Assembly (NCBI RefSeq): GCF_006345805.1
Contig: NC_042999.1
Span: 98,456,001 to 98,520,000 of the forward strand
DNA: 64,000 nt
Source of the DNA: Octopus sinensis
Taxonomy: Eukaryota
Reading direction: 5' to 3'
In this document: one piece after another, positions 15,455-29,705 of the stretch
Layout of the letters: the number at the start of each line of letters is the position of its first letter
How positions within the stretch are numbered: the first letter of the stretch is position 1
Notes under the pieces: model-generated
What the model was told of the DNA's origin: nothing
Databases searched by the model: none
The model's input: the letters and a program-made list of their open reading frames with translations, nothing else
Translations under genes and position numbers: made by a program

Positions 15455-15550
15455 TAGCTTCATTTCTTGATTCATGCCAATGAGGAAAGATCAGTTTCGA
15501 ACCTAGATCCCAAGTTCCTTCATTGGAATTTGAACAATATCAACAGGTCA
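15455..15550 (+). repeat. Short dispersed repeat, inverted homolog at ~58445-58535
   Basis: GCCAATG.GGAAAGA..GTTTC.AACCTAGATCC...TCCTTCA.TG.AATTT.AACA is shared; both copies are followed by (TATG)n. Confidence 0.6.
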
Positions 15551-15600
15551 GATGTGTATGTATGCGTGTGCATACGTGCAAGTATTTGAAGTTATGTATG

Positions 15601-15634
<34 letters not shown>

Positions 15635-15681
15635 TGTATGTATGTATGTATTTATGTTCTATGTACGTATGAATATCAATG

Positions 15682-15990
15682 CTGAGGAGATGGCTCGCAT
15701 GATCCAATTTGACATCATCGCTTTTCTGACAGAACCTCCATCAGAAGCAAAGGCTCAGAAAGCAATTAAGCGTCTCTCAAATGACAAGGCGCCAGGCTCT
15801 GACTCCATTCCAGCTGAAATATACAAGGTAGGGGACTAGCCTTGGCACTGAAGCTCGTGAATCTCTTTCAGACCATGTGACAACAGAAAGTTGTCTCTCA
15901 GGAGCTCAAAAACGCTTCTATTGTCCATCCCTAAATGAGAAATGGAATAGGTAGTTCTGTAACAACGACCGATGACATCTTGTCCTGGCT
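15682..15990 (+). mobile_element. RTE-clade LINE internal fragment (pre-RT region), decayed
   Basis: Translation EPPSEAKAQKAIKRLSNDKAPGSDSIPAEIYK...LKLVNLFQTM*QQKVVSQELKNASIVH matches the RTE/BovB-type pattern. Confidence 0.85.
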
Positions 15991-18329
15991 TTGATCAGGA
16001 CATTCCACAACACTGGCTGCTGTCAACATTTTTACTTAGCATACTCAAAACGTTGAATCCAAAAGGTGCCCGTGTGCAACTCAGGTGTCGTGATGGGTGA
16101 GGAAGAGCTTAAGACATTCAGTTCCCAATCCGCACCTTATCTTTACCTATCTAGCTGCAGTTCATTTAAATTGTATACCTGTTCATAGTCGGTCATTCGA
16201 AGGACTATGATCTTTATATTGTTTCAAAGAAAAATATAAAACATTGGCTTTTTCTTACATGTTATACTTGGATATACATGTCTGGGAGAAAGTATTTTTT
16301 CCATTATCTTCCTGGTTATACATCAAGCTGTGTAGGCAGTCGTTGCCCTTTCGGAGTATTGTAAAGTTGAGTATCTTCGTAGGAATAATCATCTCTTCTT
16401 GAGTTGAGCCTTGTACTATTTTTTCTTAAGATCTTTGCTTTTCTGTGCTTCAAAAACATTTTCGGCCTTCATAGACAATTTGCCAACCTTCATTTCATAT
16501 CGAACATTACCGTTCGGTGGAGGTAGTGCTCTTAGGAGTGCAATGATGGCAGGTACCTTGAGAACACTAGATTGTGTAGTCTGTTGTAGTCGCTGTTTCT
16601 ACTGGTCTCGTGTCTGTTCTTTCGGCTTCCCCCGGAAAAATAATTGAAGTGTTCTAACAATCAGACGTGTAGGAAATAGATTTTCTGCCCTACACCGCCA
16701 ATCTCTTGGTACTTGTTTTTGTACTATGATGGAGTACATCTCCGAGAAGGCTCTAGTTTTTAGGGTTCGTAAGAACTTTTATGTCTGCAAAGACCTAATC
16801 TGACTACATATATATAGCTCTTAGTTTCAACACATTGATCAGGGCTTCCTTCAACTGTTCTTTAAAGGGCAATAGTAGAATCCTTTGTTCGCAAGCATTG
16901 AGACATTACTTCTCTTCTTACCCATTCTTGCATAAATCTCCTAAACTTTAGACAAGGAATCATATTCTTAGCAACAAATCACTGTCATGTTGTTGTTTTT
17001 GTTTCTCCACTCTCAGTAATATTTATTACTTCCCTTTGGCTTGTAACACTAGCGAAAGATTTGTTAATGTGTTTGTTTGTGTCGCGTAAACAAATATTTT
17101 TATTTATTACAATTGTGTTATTTTCTCTTTTTATAAAATATATGCGTCTACCAGTTTAATTAGTTATTTTTTCTGTTTGTACTCAGTATTTTAAGTCCAA
17201 ATTTAGCTATCTTGCGGGAATTTCCTGCTGTTCAACTATAAGAAGCCACATTGAAAAGATATGTAAACACACGAAATTAAAATTATATGGCTAAAAATAG
17301 AAATTTTCCGCCCCAGGTATTGAAGACAAACTCCCATGCATTCATAATGTTATCCGTTTGAAAATAATCCAAAAAAACAAAAACCTTTGATTCAGTGAAC
17401 GTGGCATAATATCTAATTCTGTTGAAGCTTTCAAAAAATACGTTCGTTGAGAAAAAAAAGGAGAAAAACTTAAATAGTAACAATTTAACAACAACAATAA
17501 CAACAACAACAACAACGACGACGACGACAACAACAACAACAACGACAACAACAACAACCAGCAGCAGCGACGATATCATTCGCTTCGAACGTAGGCACAA
17601 GAGCAGACATTTAACAGGAGAGATTAGGTGATTAAAACGACCCCACTAATTGACTGGTACTTTATTTTATCGACTTCGGAAGGATGAAAGGGATCGGGAC
17701 TCAGAACATAAAAAAAAAACATAAATAAACACCACAAGGTATATTCCCTGCTATGCTGGTGCTTCTGCTAAAAATGATACATCATCATCATCATCATCAT
17801 CATCATCACCGTCATCACGAGGAAGCTCCCATGTGGACGCTTGACTTGCAGGAAATAGCAAACAAATGTCCCTGACATCATGCTCCCTATTGCTTTAAGT
17901 ATAGAACAAACCGGAGAGTATTGAGTGTGTGTGTGTGGCGTTCGTGTAAACCCATTATATACTGAGTTAAAGCATCTTTTGTGTTTTGTTCTGTTTGACG
18001 CAAATAACATGATGGGTATTTCGCCATTTATGCTATTATATAGCTTTTAAGCAACTGACCCTGAATGGGAAGATATGCAAACAGATCTCTGACTTGTTTT
18101 GCAGAATTTGTTGCAATTGCTTCCTCCAGAGTCATTTCCCAATGATGATCATATTCATCGCAAAAAAAAAATCATGTATAAAAAATCGCTGAAAACAATC
18201 GCAGTAATGAAAACTTGGGAATCCAAAATTTCAGGATTGTGGGGCCAGATTCGGCCCGGAATGTTTTTAATTTACTCACGGAATAAATGGCATGATATGT
18301 TAGGCTATGGCCTTTAGGAGTAAAGTTGA

Positions 18330-18870
18330 AAAAGTGTGACACACTGACAGTCACATTTATTATATTAGATATGTTTAACTTTGGGGAAACTTTATTTCAA
18401 TGAAAGTGCATTTCATGTATGTATGTATGTATGTATGTATGTATGTATGTATGTATGTATGTATGTATGTATGTATGTATGTATACGTATTAAAGAAAAA
18501 AAGAAAAAACAAAACTGATAGTGTTCAGTATGCTGGTGAAAAGAATTTCTGTGAAAGAGACATGGTTTGAACAAGGTTGTACATTATCTCCCTCTTTCAC
18601 CCTTTCTCTCTCTTATTACTCCCATTGCTACCATCAAAACTACTACTTTTAATAAAACATTATCAACTCTCCCTAAATTGCTTTGCCTCTCTTTCTCTCC
18701 CTCTCTTATTATTTATGTCTGTCTTCGCCACCGCCCTCACTGTCCTATGCCTACTATTTCTCTCACCCCATCATGAGGAATAGTAGGAGTGTCATTGAAT
18801 AGAGAGAGAGGGTGTCTAAGTGTGACACACTGACAGCTAGAAACTTGTTTTCGTATTTATTATATTAGAT
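18330..18870 (-). mobile_element. Two copies of a possible Helitron-like non-autonomous element 5' end
   Basis: Minus strand reads ATCTAATATAATAAA...CTGTCAGTGTGTCACACTT at ~18370 and ~18870; the A|TC start resembles Helitron termini. Family assignment is inference. Confidence 0.3.
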
Positions 18871-19789
18871 AAAGAAAACATCCAGTGATGTGATTGTAAG
18901 AGGAGGCTCATTTAAAGGTGGCGGTAATATTCCCAAACACTCGAGAATTTTAACGAATGAAAACAAAAAAATAAAAAACTCAAAAAAAAAAAAAGAAAAA
19001 GCCATAAGGAAATGGCAATTACACAGATATATTTGAAAAAGAAAAACAAACATCCCTAACTTGAGATACATATTCAAAATTTTAACAATAGTTTTGCTTG
19101 GGTGGTTAATCCCCGAAATTTGAGAGATATAGCCCAGCTCCCTAAAAGCAAAAACATAGTAGAGAAGCTACGAGAAGCACTACCTTTCTTGCTTAGGAAA
19201 TACAGTTATGAACAATATGAAGAAAGTTTGTCCGGTGGATGCAACAGTACATTTTATAGAGCCAGGGTATATCGGAGCGTGTGCTAAGAATTCAGACGCG
19301 AGAATGAGGCAATGTGGCAAGTTAAATTGATGCATTACATACATGTACACATGCTGAGGGGCACAATATATGGATCGTTGGAATATAATGATAATAACCA
19401 CGGACATTTGTAATGACACTGATCCATGGATCATTGTTGTTTTTACGACAAATCATTGGTAGTTGGTGACTGTAGAAATAATACTAAACGAGATGTAGTC
19501 AGGGGAGATCTGTATGGACGTATAAGCCACTATGCTCCCATACACCCTAGAAAAATCAACCTGTTTCAGAGCTGTTACCCTATTGTTGGTGCAGAAAAGA
19601 AATCAATTAGACAAGTAGTGCAGATCGGAAATCACACGTATGATATGTCTCGGTTTCAAGGGACTGGAAAAGCAGAGAAAGAGAGACAGGGTGAAATACA
19701 GACGGCATCAGAGATAGTAATAATACCAGCAGGTCCCATAATAACCCCAGAACTACTATTAAGCTCAATTTAAAGGAATCAGTACTCCT

Positions 19790-20165
19790 AAAATCGTAAG
19801 AATCGTTCTTAGGATTTTCTGCAGAATACAGTTGACTCATTCAGCAAACCAATGATAATTCCACTATTCCGATGCGCTTCAGCCTGTTAGATGTCAGTGC
19901 TAGCGGTGTACCGAGTGCAATTGTCACCACAGGGACAGTTTCCCCCTTTGTGTTCCACAATATCGTTATACCTCTGGCTAGGTCCTGATATTTCACAGTA
20001 TTCTCAATTTCTTTGAAATCGACTCTACTGTCCTATGGAATTGCAATGTCTGATTTTACAGTTTTTTTCTTCCTTCCCCGATCATAACTAGACTCTTTGT
20101 TTCAATAGTATGATCAGTCTCTATGGAGAAATCCCATAAAATTATCATTTATCATGACAGCATCA
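19790..20165 (-). mobile_element. R4/Dong-like RLE domain relic
   Basis: Minus translation ILWDFSIETDHTIE...DIAIP*DSRVDFKEIENTVKYQDLARGITILWN..ETVPVVTIALG. Confidence 0.8.
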
Positions 20166-20222
20166 GGCTTACTGTTGCTGCTGTTGTTGATATTGTTGTT
20201 GTTGTTATTGTGGTTGTTGTTA

Positions 20223-20282
<60 letters not shown>

Positions 20283-20329
20283 TATTATTATTATTATTAT
20301 TAGTAGTAGTAGTAGTAGTAGTAATAGTA

Positions 20330-20510
20330 AGGTGGTGAGCTGACAGAGTCACGAGTGGGTCAGACAAAATGCTTAACGGCATATTCTGCAGACGTCAATT
20401 TTGCCTTTCATCCTTTCAGAGTCGACAAAAAAAGAAGAGACCTGTCGAATATAGGGGTCGATGTAATCTTATTCCCCTCCATTCAAAATTTCTGGCCAAG
20501 TACGAAAACA
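20330..20510 (+). mobile_element. SINE family A, diverged
   Basis: Head GGTGGTGAGCTGACAGA and body TTTGCCTTTCATCCTTTC. Confidence 0.7.
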
Positions 20511-20539
20511 ACAACAACAACAACAACAATAATAATAAA

Positions 20540-21046
20540 TGCTAGGCAGTGGCTCTCATGGCTTCTCATCTTAACTGATTGAAAGTATTACAGCAAATAT
20601 TCTGCTCAGTACCACAGATTTGCTTGTCAGTTGTTTGACTTTAATCAGTTGAGCATGTCCCTTAGTGGCTGACGATATGTGCATCGCTGACCATGAGCAG
20701 AAGTAGTGGGGGAGCATCATAGCCATGTGTTGAAAAGAATTCTTTGGGGTTTGAACAATTCACCCTTGGAAACATGAGTGTTTCGTTCAACATCCTTAAA
20801 CAACCCCTATTCAGGGACCTTTTGAGTAGGATGGCCTATTCGACCTGAAAAAAATTCTAACTGGGCCCCATTTGCAAGGTCATGTGCTGTTTATATTGAT
20901 ATGAGATCACCTTGTCGCACACATATTGTTGTGATGCATGTGCCTGGTATACCTTTATGAGACTGGTGGTCATGATGGGAATACTGGGCTTCGTATATTT
21001 TACACCAGTGTCACTTTGATAGCATGCACTGCTCTCTCACTCACTC

Positions 21047-21048
<2 letters not shown>
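20540..21048 (+). mobile_element. Repeat family D copy with (AAT)n tail
   Basis: 20595-21048 is homologous to the reverse complement of 4144-4593. Confidence 0.8.
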
Positions 21049-21097
<49 letters not shown>

Positions 21098-21154
21098 GAT
21101 GATGATGATGATGATGATTATTATTATTGTTATTATTATTGTTATAATCATTAT

Positions 21155-21360
21155 TAAGGCAGCTTGGTGGCAGAATCGTTAGCACGCCAGGCGAAATGCT
21201 AAATAGCATTTCGGCTGTATTTATGTTCTGAGTTAAAATTCCGCCGGGATTGACTTCACCTTTCATCCTTTCGAAGTTGATAAATTAAGTACCAGTGAAA
21301 CACTGGGGTCTATGTCCCTCCTCCAAAATTTCAGGCCTTGTGCCTATAGCAGAAAGGATC
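21155..21360 (+). mobile_element. SINE family A
   Basis: Full head and body plus the ...AAATTTCAGGCCTTGTGCCTATAG tail. Confidence 0.85.
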
Positions 21361-21582
21361 GTTATTATTATTATTGTTGTTGTTATTATTATTGTTGCTG
21401 TTGTTGTTGTTGTTGTTGTTATTATTATTATTATTATTATTTAGCTCCAAGTCTCACCAGAGACCTCAAGAGACAACAAGTTGGAAGTTCATGATGGTGT
21501 TATGCCTAGGGTGCCAAATATTTGGTTTTGTACATAGAGTTGTTCTAGAGAATGTTTAGGAAGCCATAAGAAAATTATGTTG

Positions 21583-21699
<117 letters not shown>

Positions 21700-24357
21700 G
21701 AGTAGTAGTAGTTGTTGTAGTAGTAGTAGTTCTTGTTGACAAATGTATTTTGCATTTTTATTTTCCTTCTCTCCCCTCGCTCTACCTTTCTCTCTCCAAT
21801 ATTTTAAATTTTACACCGATTCATGTTTTGAGAAAAAAGAATCTTTTATTCGCAAATGACTAAAGATGGCTTCTTCTGATGAGATAGCATTTAGAGGTGC
21901 TCTCCACAAACATTGTAACAGCGTACATGGCCCGAAGAATCTCGAAGACAATTTTGTTGAAATTTGTAAAAACGAATAAATTGTTTATTTTTTTAAAAGA
22001 CAACAGTGCAGAGCAGATAATGTTTTCTGAAGTACATGTAATGTATTGTTTTTGCAATTATTGTGCTTGGCTACATTTTTCCTGTGCTGTGTTGTTGAAT
22101 CTAGTTCTCAGTCGCGTTCACTGTCTCGTCTCTATTGTTCTTTATTATGTTCCTTTCAGTCTTTTGTCTGTCTTGGATCTTATACTATACTCTGAGAATA
22201 ACGACAAATCTTTGAATTAGCTCTCGGCTCTGTATTTTCCTGCCAGGTTGTGTCCTCTCCGATCTCGTTAGTCGATTTTACTGGATCTTATTGGTTCAGT
22301 CCACGACCTTTTTATGTCATAGTTTTCCATATGTCCAGTTCTGTTATGTTCTGTAATTTCTTGCTCTGGTTCGTCTTGCCAGGTTCTGTACTGCCGTACT
22401 TAGTCCTCTCTAGTCCTGCAACATTATGCTCTGTCTAGCTCTACAACGTTCTACTCGTTCTGGTTTTGTTATGCTCTGTCTAGACTAATCATATCACTGA
22501 TGCGATCGCTAAAGGAAATACTAACTCAACAAGCGTACATTGTCAAGATACAGACTGTCAGCTCTGAGCAACAGACGTTAACAACTGTGTGGCAGTAAAA
22601 TAAATAGTTTCCGAAGTGTCACAACAAACTGATCGACGTAATGTCTGGTTACCATTTGAAATGCCAACGGTTCCTATCTAGCCATCGATAACGAATAAAC
22701 ATAAATAAACATACATCAAAAGGAAACTGATAAATCTAACTTAGCACTTTGTAGGTTAGTAACAGTGCGTTTGCTAGAAGGACACGTGCAATCTTATACG
22801 TTTGTACTCATACGTGTGTATGTATAGAATGTTATGTGTATATGTATGTACGTATATACATACATGTACTCATGCATGCACATGCAAAATGCACCCATGC
22901 ATACACATCTGACATATCAACGTATAAGACGTAATACTACCGCAGACACTCAACTCATTGATGTAAGAAGTCGTGCCGTTAACAACAACGTAGAAGTACT
23001 CTATAATTAACGAGTATTTCATTAACTTGTAGTGGGTACGGAACCATATAGAAGTTTTCAAACATCAGACTTATTCTAGCGAATTTTGCCAACATTTTGT
23101 TGTGATCAAGGTAACAAAGGAGTCTCAACAGGCTAGAAATTTCGACCAAATTTTTCTCAAATTGCACCATAATGTCTTAAACTAGGGGGAAAAAATACAT
23201 TCACTCAAGCGATCCTGAATATACTGTACCAAAAAAAAGAAAAAAAAAGAAAAAATGAAATAAAGCCATACAAGAAAATCATGGCTGAAATGCTTTTCAT
23301 CAATTCATGTGCCGGTAAACACCACCACCATCACCACCACCATCACCACCACCATCACCACCACCACCACCACCACCACCACCACCACAACCACCACACC
23401 ACCACCACCACCACCACAACCACCACCACCACCACCACCACCACCACCACCACCATCAACAACAACAACAATAACCACCACCAGTGAGTTGACTCGACGT
23501 AATGGACTGCTCCATCGACACCTCAGGGTGTTGTCTGATAACCTGGATATCATGATTATTATGATATATTTTGTTAGCTGATAAATATTATGTTTTGGCA
23601 ATATGGTTCATAATCTGTGTTTTTAGTAGCCGATAAATGCTGTAATATGATTTATCAAACTTCATATTAACGGATGAATTTTGAATCAGTTTTATGACAC
23701 TATGGTATGTGCTAACTTATCAGCATAATGATTTTATGACTGTGGTTTAGCGTAATAGCTTACATATTGTAACTAAATGACGCTGTGTGGTATTTGAGAA
23801 CTAGTGTGTCAGATATTTTATCACAGTATAGTAGCTGATGAGCAGTTTAACAATTTACGACAGAGTATAATTTCTGTATCCGAGTTTTATTAGTGTGGTA
23901 TCAGGTAAATATGTATTTACACATTATAACATTATAACCATCATGTATGATGGCTGATAGCCAGACTATTTAACCGGTATGAGATGATGCGATAGCTGAT
24001 ACTATTATTCATATTTGTCAAAACTTGCGGTCGATATTATTGATATCCATCACTTGCTCCTATCGAATTTGTATATCAGGAAAGGAATAGTGACTAATAT
24101 ATCAAATCTATCATATTAATCGATAACATACAAATTATAATTCTGTGTATTGTTTAAAATGATTATGGGAGAGACTGTACATAGATTTCCATTCTCTACT
24201 AAACTAGGGAGTACCGAAATGCTAAAAGAGGTTAATGTTGCTACTTTTCTTCCTAACTTCTTCCCTGTCAAATACTCCATCAGCTCAATGTATTTCGCTA
24301 TTTATTCGCTTTCCCCAATACGAAATGTGGACTATAATATAATGTATATATTTTTCT

Positions 24358-24748
24358 ACTTTAGGCATAAGGCCCGAAATTTTTGGGGAGGGGGCCAGTC
24401 GATTAGATCGACCCCTGTACGCAACTGGTACTTAATTTATCGACCCCCGAAAGGATGAAAGGCAAAGTCGACCTCGGTGGAATTTGAACTTAGAACATAA
24501 AGAAAGACGAAATACCTATTTCTTTACTACCCAAAAGGGGCTAAACACAGAGAGGACAAACAAGGACAGACAAACGAATTAAGTCGATTATATCGACCCC
24601 AGTGCGTAACTGGTACTTATTTAATCGACTCCGAAAGGATGAAAGGCAAAGTCGACCTCAGCGGAATTTGAACTCAAAACGTAGCGGCAGACGAAATACC
24701 GCTAAGCATTTCGCCCGGCGTGTTAACGTTTCTGCCAGCACGCTGCCT
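24358..24748 (-). mobile_element. Head-to-tail dimer of SINE family A
   Basis: Two bodies joined by GACGAAATACCTATTTCTTTACTAC (~24507-24530); one tRNA head. Confidence 0.9.
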
Positions 24749-25241
24749 GTAGCAAAATTAACTTAATCTGTCACCCGGTTTAATGCATCATCGTGGCTCA
24801 TAACCGCCTTTCTCGGATTCCACTCGGTTGCATGCATTCGACACACTTTTCTTACTCTTCAACTTCCACGGTCTTAAATGCACTGATTAAGGCGGTAGCT
24901 GCTACCCTTCCTTCTCTGACTATATCATAAAAATAAACATTAAATACATAATTCGCACTCTAAGTCACGCTGCCCCACCCACTTTTCTATCATAACCACA
25001 TTAACTCGTGATAACTCTGCTTATTAACCTCTGTATCTGAGTATATTATCAGATGATAATAAATTCTACCATGGCTGTAACAGGTGTATTCTTCTTCGAG
25101 TTCACTCTCAAGTTAGCGTCGACTCAGCCAACTAAAACTATTCTAAACATGTCTTTTTGAGTTTCTTTACTTTTTCAGACATACTTCTTGATTGAGGAAA
25201 ATCTTTTTTTGAAACAAACACACACACACACACACACACAC

Positions 25242-25303
<62 letters not shown>

Positions 25304-26681
25304 ACACATATATAAATACAGTGCAATATTTGCTTTGAATAGAAGTACACCCTCATTCTACAATGTTTTAACTACAACAAAAATGTATACAAGAGAGAAA
25401 TGGAGCCTTGTCTCGTAGGTGAAGGAAAACGACTTTGAGCGGGGCTCGAAATCGATTTGCCGACTCACTACCATCTTCGTCAGTGAAGCGGGATATTTTA
25501 AAATATGAATAATATTTTCTGGGAAAAGCACCTGTCACAAATTTTGGAGAGTGTAAAATCGTTTAGATCAAAACAGTATTTTGCTGGTATTTTGATGGTC
25601 TGTCATCAACACAGACCATCACTAATTTTCCAGGTTTTAGGATTTAACCCTCTAATACTACTAAACTTGTTATTATGAATGTCAGAAACAACAGCTTGCT
25701 TGACGTATATTTTATGTCGTATATCGTTCAGTTGGATTTGACTTCCATTTTCCTTAACGGGCTATAAATATATATACCAGTAATGTAGTGAGGTACATTT
25801 GATTAAATATCTTCTCTCCATATTCACATAGAAGTGACCTTCTTTTACATCTTGTGTGGAACACAGTCAACGAGAGATACACTGTGTTGGCGGTTCTCAA
25901 ATTTTGGCCCCACCCGAAAACAGTTATTTTTAAAATTCTATTTTGCCAGCCACTCTCTGTTAAACAAAAGACAAGATAAAGTTTGCATTCATATCATTCT
26001 TCTTCGCCGCCATGTTGTTGGAAAAGCTTAACAGTTTAAAACCATCTTAATTTTATTAGGTAAACGAATATGTCTGCCCAGTTTTTAATCCTCATAACAC
26101 CACTTTATAGGAGACATTACTCAGTACCATGGCTCTACCTTCCTGAAAGGGTAGCCGATTCTTCCTCACTTTACCCTCTACTGTTTAAAAGAAACAGAAT
26201 CATATTTGATAATTTAGCCCGCTATATGAAAAAATATAACTGGATGGTCACGACTGGAATGTTTATGATATGCACGAACAAGGCTGGCCTCACTAAATAA
26301 CAACGAAATATAAAGCAGTAAGAGTATAGCTTTTGGGTTACTTAATTAAGCAAATGTATTTCTCTGTTTCTACAAATTTAATTACAACAAGCAGAGCTAC
26401 TCTTTGATGTGTATTCTTACTCCTATTCCGTTCCATTATAATAAGGAATATGCTGACCTAAAACATTGAGCGGAAACAAAATGAAACACCACTCTCTAAA
26501 TATATGGTCAATATTTGAATATATTAAGCGCTTTTAGCTGCTGTAGCTACTAATATCTGAAAAGATACAAAAAAAGTATTGCCATGTAACTCTGTGTGTG
26601 ACCGATTTCTAATGCAAAGATTACTTTTTATTTCTGTTTTTATATGATATATAAAACAGAGCAGAATTATGCCATTTAGAG

Positions 26682-26754
<73 letters not shown>

Positions 26755-29264
26755 TAATAATAATAATAACAACAACAACAACAAAAACAACAACAACAAT
26801 AATGATAATAATAAATGCTAAAATAAAAGAAAGTTAAAAATGTACTTTGGATTTCACAAACTTTTATGGTTTCTGATACAAGATTGAACAAGAAAATTTA
26901 CCAAATACAAACTGTGGCACTTAATGTTTTGGTTGTTAGATATGTTAGATGGGAAAACTGATTGTTGTGGTGCTCACCATTTAAATACTTAAACGACAGG
27001 AATACAAACACTATCTCTTTGTCTTGGAGGATGCTTGGGCGTTTACGAATCTAGAAAACATTAAAAAAATGAATAAAACACTAATTTCCGATGTATACAC
27101 GACCGAATAAATATATAATATCCTGCTTTTTACAAAATTCTAAGATATCGTCTAATTTATCAGACCGGAGCAAACAACGCAGAATAAAGATAGAGTTTGT
27201 AGCATGATTCGATTTTCAGTTTGTCGTCTACCATGTTTTAGCTTCTTCGACATCATTTATGTATTTATGAAAAATAAGAGCTAACGAGGAAGATTCTACA
27301 TAGTCGCTCAACTTGCATGAAATAGCAACCCGATTTGTCTCAAATGAAACACTATTGTCTCAAAAAAGAAAAATCAAACGGAATGACCTATTGGGCAAGG
27401 TATAGAAAAGATTGGACGGTCACGGTTCGAATATATTTCATGAAAAGTCAGTCCTAATCGTGCTGACCCAAGGATAAAGAATAACAAAAGCAATTATGAA
27501 AGACATAGACGTTTTGATCCCTCCCCAGACGTCAGTATGCCTATATATTTGGCGGTTACCAAATAATCCTTTCTTGACCCCTCTCTCGAAGTCAAGACAT
27601 CTAGTCATTCTTTGAAGAGCATATCATCAGAAATAACAAAGTGGAAATATAGACATTTTATGTGTAACCCATTCATCTTTATTTACAATACTTAAAACGC
27701 ATATACTTTGTTGTTTGTGGCGAGTGATTGGTTGAGATAGTTGACCTCTCTCATTTGCAATTCAAAGTTTCAAATACCACTCTATATTAAGAAACAGTTG
27801 TTCTAGGTAAGTCAACTACAATTAGTAGAAGGCCTAGGGACGGTAATTAACAGACATTATTGCAAGGAATATAGCTCAAGCACTCAAAAGGCTCACTCTC
27901 CCGTGACTTAATAATGTTTAATCATAATCATTTATTTAGTAGGAGAATCTTTATGAATCTATAAACATCATTGTAAAATATTGAAGCTTTCGAAGTATAT
28001 GGAAACTTTGAAAAGCTAAGGAGAAAGGGCAATGTTAGTAAATAATAGCATTTTTAATGATTTTGTCAGAGAAGCAAAAGCGGTACCCATGAATGCTTTG
28101 CAAAGTCTCCCAGATTAGAAGAGGAAAAGGAAGAGGTTATAAGATATCCTATGGCTGGAAACATGATTCGATTGCTGACAAGATAGTATATTCTGTCAAA
28201 GGCACCCAAAGTCCAAGTGGTGATGTTAAATTAGACGAGAGATTAAAGCTACCGCTCATGAACAAGTAGAGCCCAAGCAACAAGCTTTTATGCGGTTTCT
28301 ATCTCCTTAATTACACTGACAGTGTTTGTGATAGAGGACACATTGCTGTGCAGTGGAATTAAATCTAAAAACGCGTGGTTGCTAAGCGAATTTCTCAACC
28401 ACATACAACGACACTTGAACAATTGAAATGAACAAAATATTGTACACCCCAATAATGATGCCTGCATCCAATATATTCAACAAAATAGAAGTTACTTGCT
28501 ATTATATATTTACTCCATTTGCTGCTTTATTGACTTACAGTGTCTCTTCTGTTATCTCAATAACTACTGAAGCTGAAAAGTCCAAATATATTTAGCAACA
28601 AATTACTAAGGAAAATGAAAAAAAAATTGTTTTTACGGTTTTCGAAATATTGCTTGAGCGTGTTATGGGTTATCGGAAAACGAAATAAGTTGTATGAAAA
28701 ATATAAATGCTATAAAAATGATTACAAAACTTTATATTTTCTGCTCTCATGGCGATATGTAACTGTTACTACAGAGTGGTGGATTGGTAGTATCGTCAGA
28801 TACTTTGAGGTGTTTGTTCTGGTTCTTTATATTCTGAATCCAAACCGCCCCAGAGGTGAAGTCAGCATTTCATCTTTCCTGAGTCGATAAAATAATGTAA
28901 AATAAAATAATAGGCATACAGTGAGGTCGATTTCGGTGACTGTTACCTATCTACCACTAAATATCTGATCTTGTTTCAATTTTAGAAATTATATATGATC
29001 GCAGAACAAATGTCCAAATATGAAATCGCTTACTGGGGTCACCCGCTGGACTGCGGTAATTCCGGAGCACTACTTTCTAATACATGGTCAGTTGCAACAA
29101 TCTCAGTACTATTCATGTCACGTTGTTTAGGCCTGATATTTACTTTAAGGATAAAGGTATCTGGGAAATAATATTCCATGTACAACTAAATGTTCATCGT
29201 CAAAACCGACAGAAAACCCAACAACTTTAATGCAGCTAGAAGCCCAGAATAACAATCTTTTCTA

Positions 29265-29705
29265 CTATAGATACACGGCCTGAAATTTTAGAGGAGGAGG
29301 CTAGTCGACGACTTCGACACCAGTACTCAACTTAGTCGTTTTCAGCGGCATTTGAACTCAGAACGTAAAGACGAACGAAATGCCGCTAAGCATTTTGTTT
29401 GGCGTGCTGACGATTCTACCAGCTCGCTACCTTAAGGTCCAGAGTAATAATAGTTTCAAATTTTAGCTTAAGGCTAGCAATTTTGGGGAACAGGGTAAGT
29501 CGAGTGCATTGACCCCAGTGCTTGATTGGTACTTATTTTATCAATCTCAAAAGGACGAAAGACAAAGTTGATCTGGGCGAAAATTGAAGGCACAAACCTG
29601 AAATTTCGGGGAGTGGGAAGTCAGTCGATTCCATCGACCTTAATGCTCAACTGGTACTTATTTCATCGACCTCGAAAGGACGAAAGGCAAAGTTGGCCTC
29701 GGCAC
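29265..29705 (-). mobile_element. Cluster of three partial SINE family A copies
   Basis: Repeated reverse-strand body fragments. Further copies lie at ~30210, 31485, 32720(+), 40025, 42765, 45435, 48455 and 49215. Confidence 0.7.

Noticed and set aside
16100-17000. Coding-like minus-strand stretch, possibly a decayed LINE ORF1
   Set aside because: Frames are broken and no diagnostic motif is readable, so it cannot be assigned without a homology search.
19100-19780. ORFs 19102-19287 and 19426-19773 as a gene
   Set aside because: No recognisable domain or splice structure; more likely a decayed retroelement next to the R4 relic.
26110-26160. Apparent exon encoding GDITQYHGSTFLKG (macro-domain-like GDIT)
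   Set aside because: It overlaps a decayed family C repeat, and the rest of the macro motif is absent.
27798-27812. AG|GTAAGT recursive splice site or 9-nt microexon
   Set aside because: The pyrimidine tract is short, and an 8-mer like this is expected by chance in 64 kb of AT-rich DNA.
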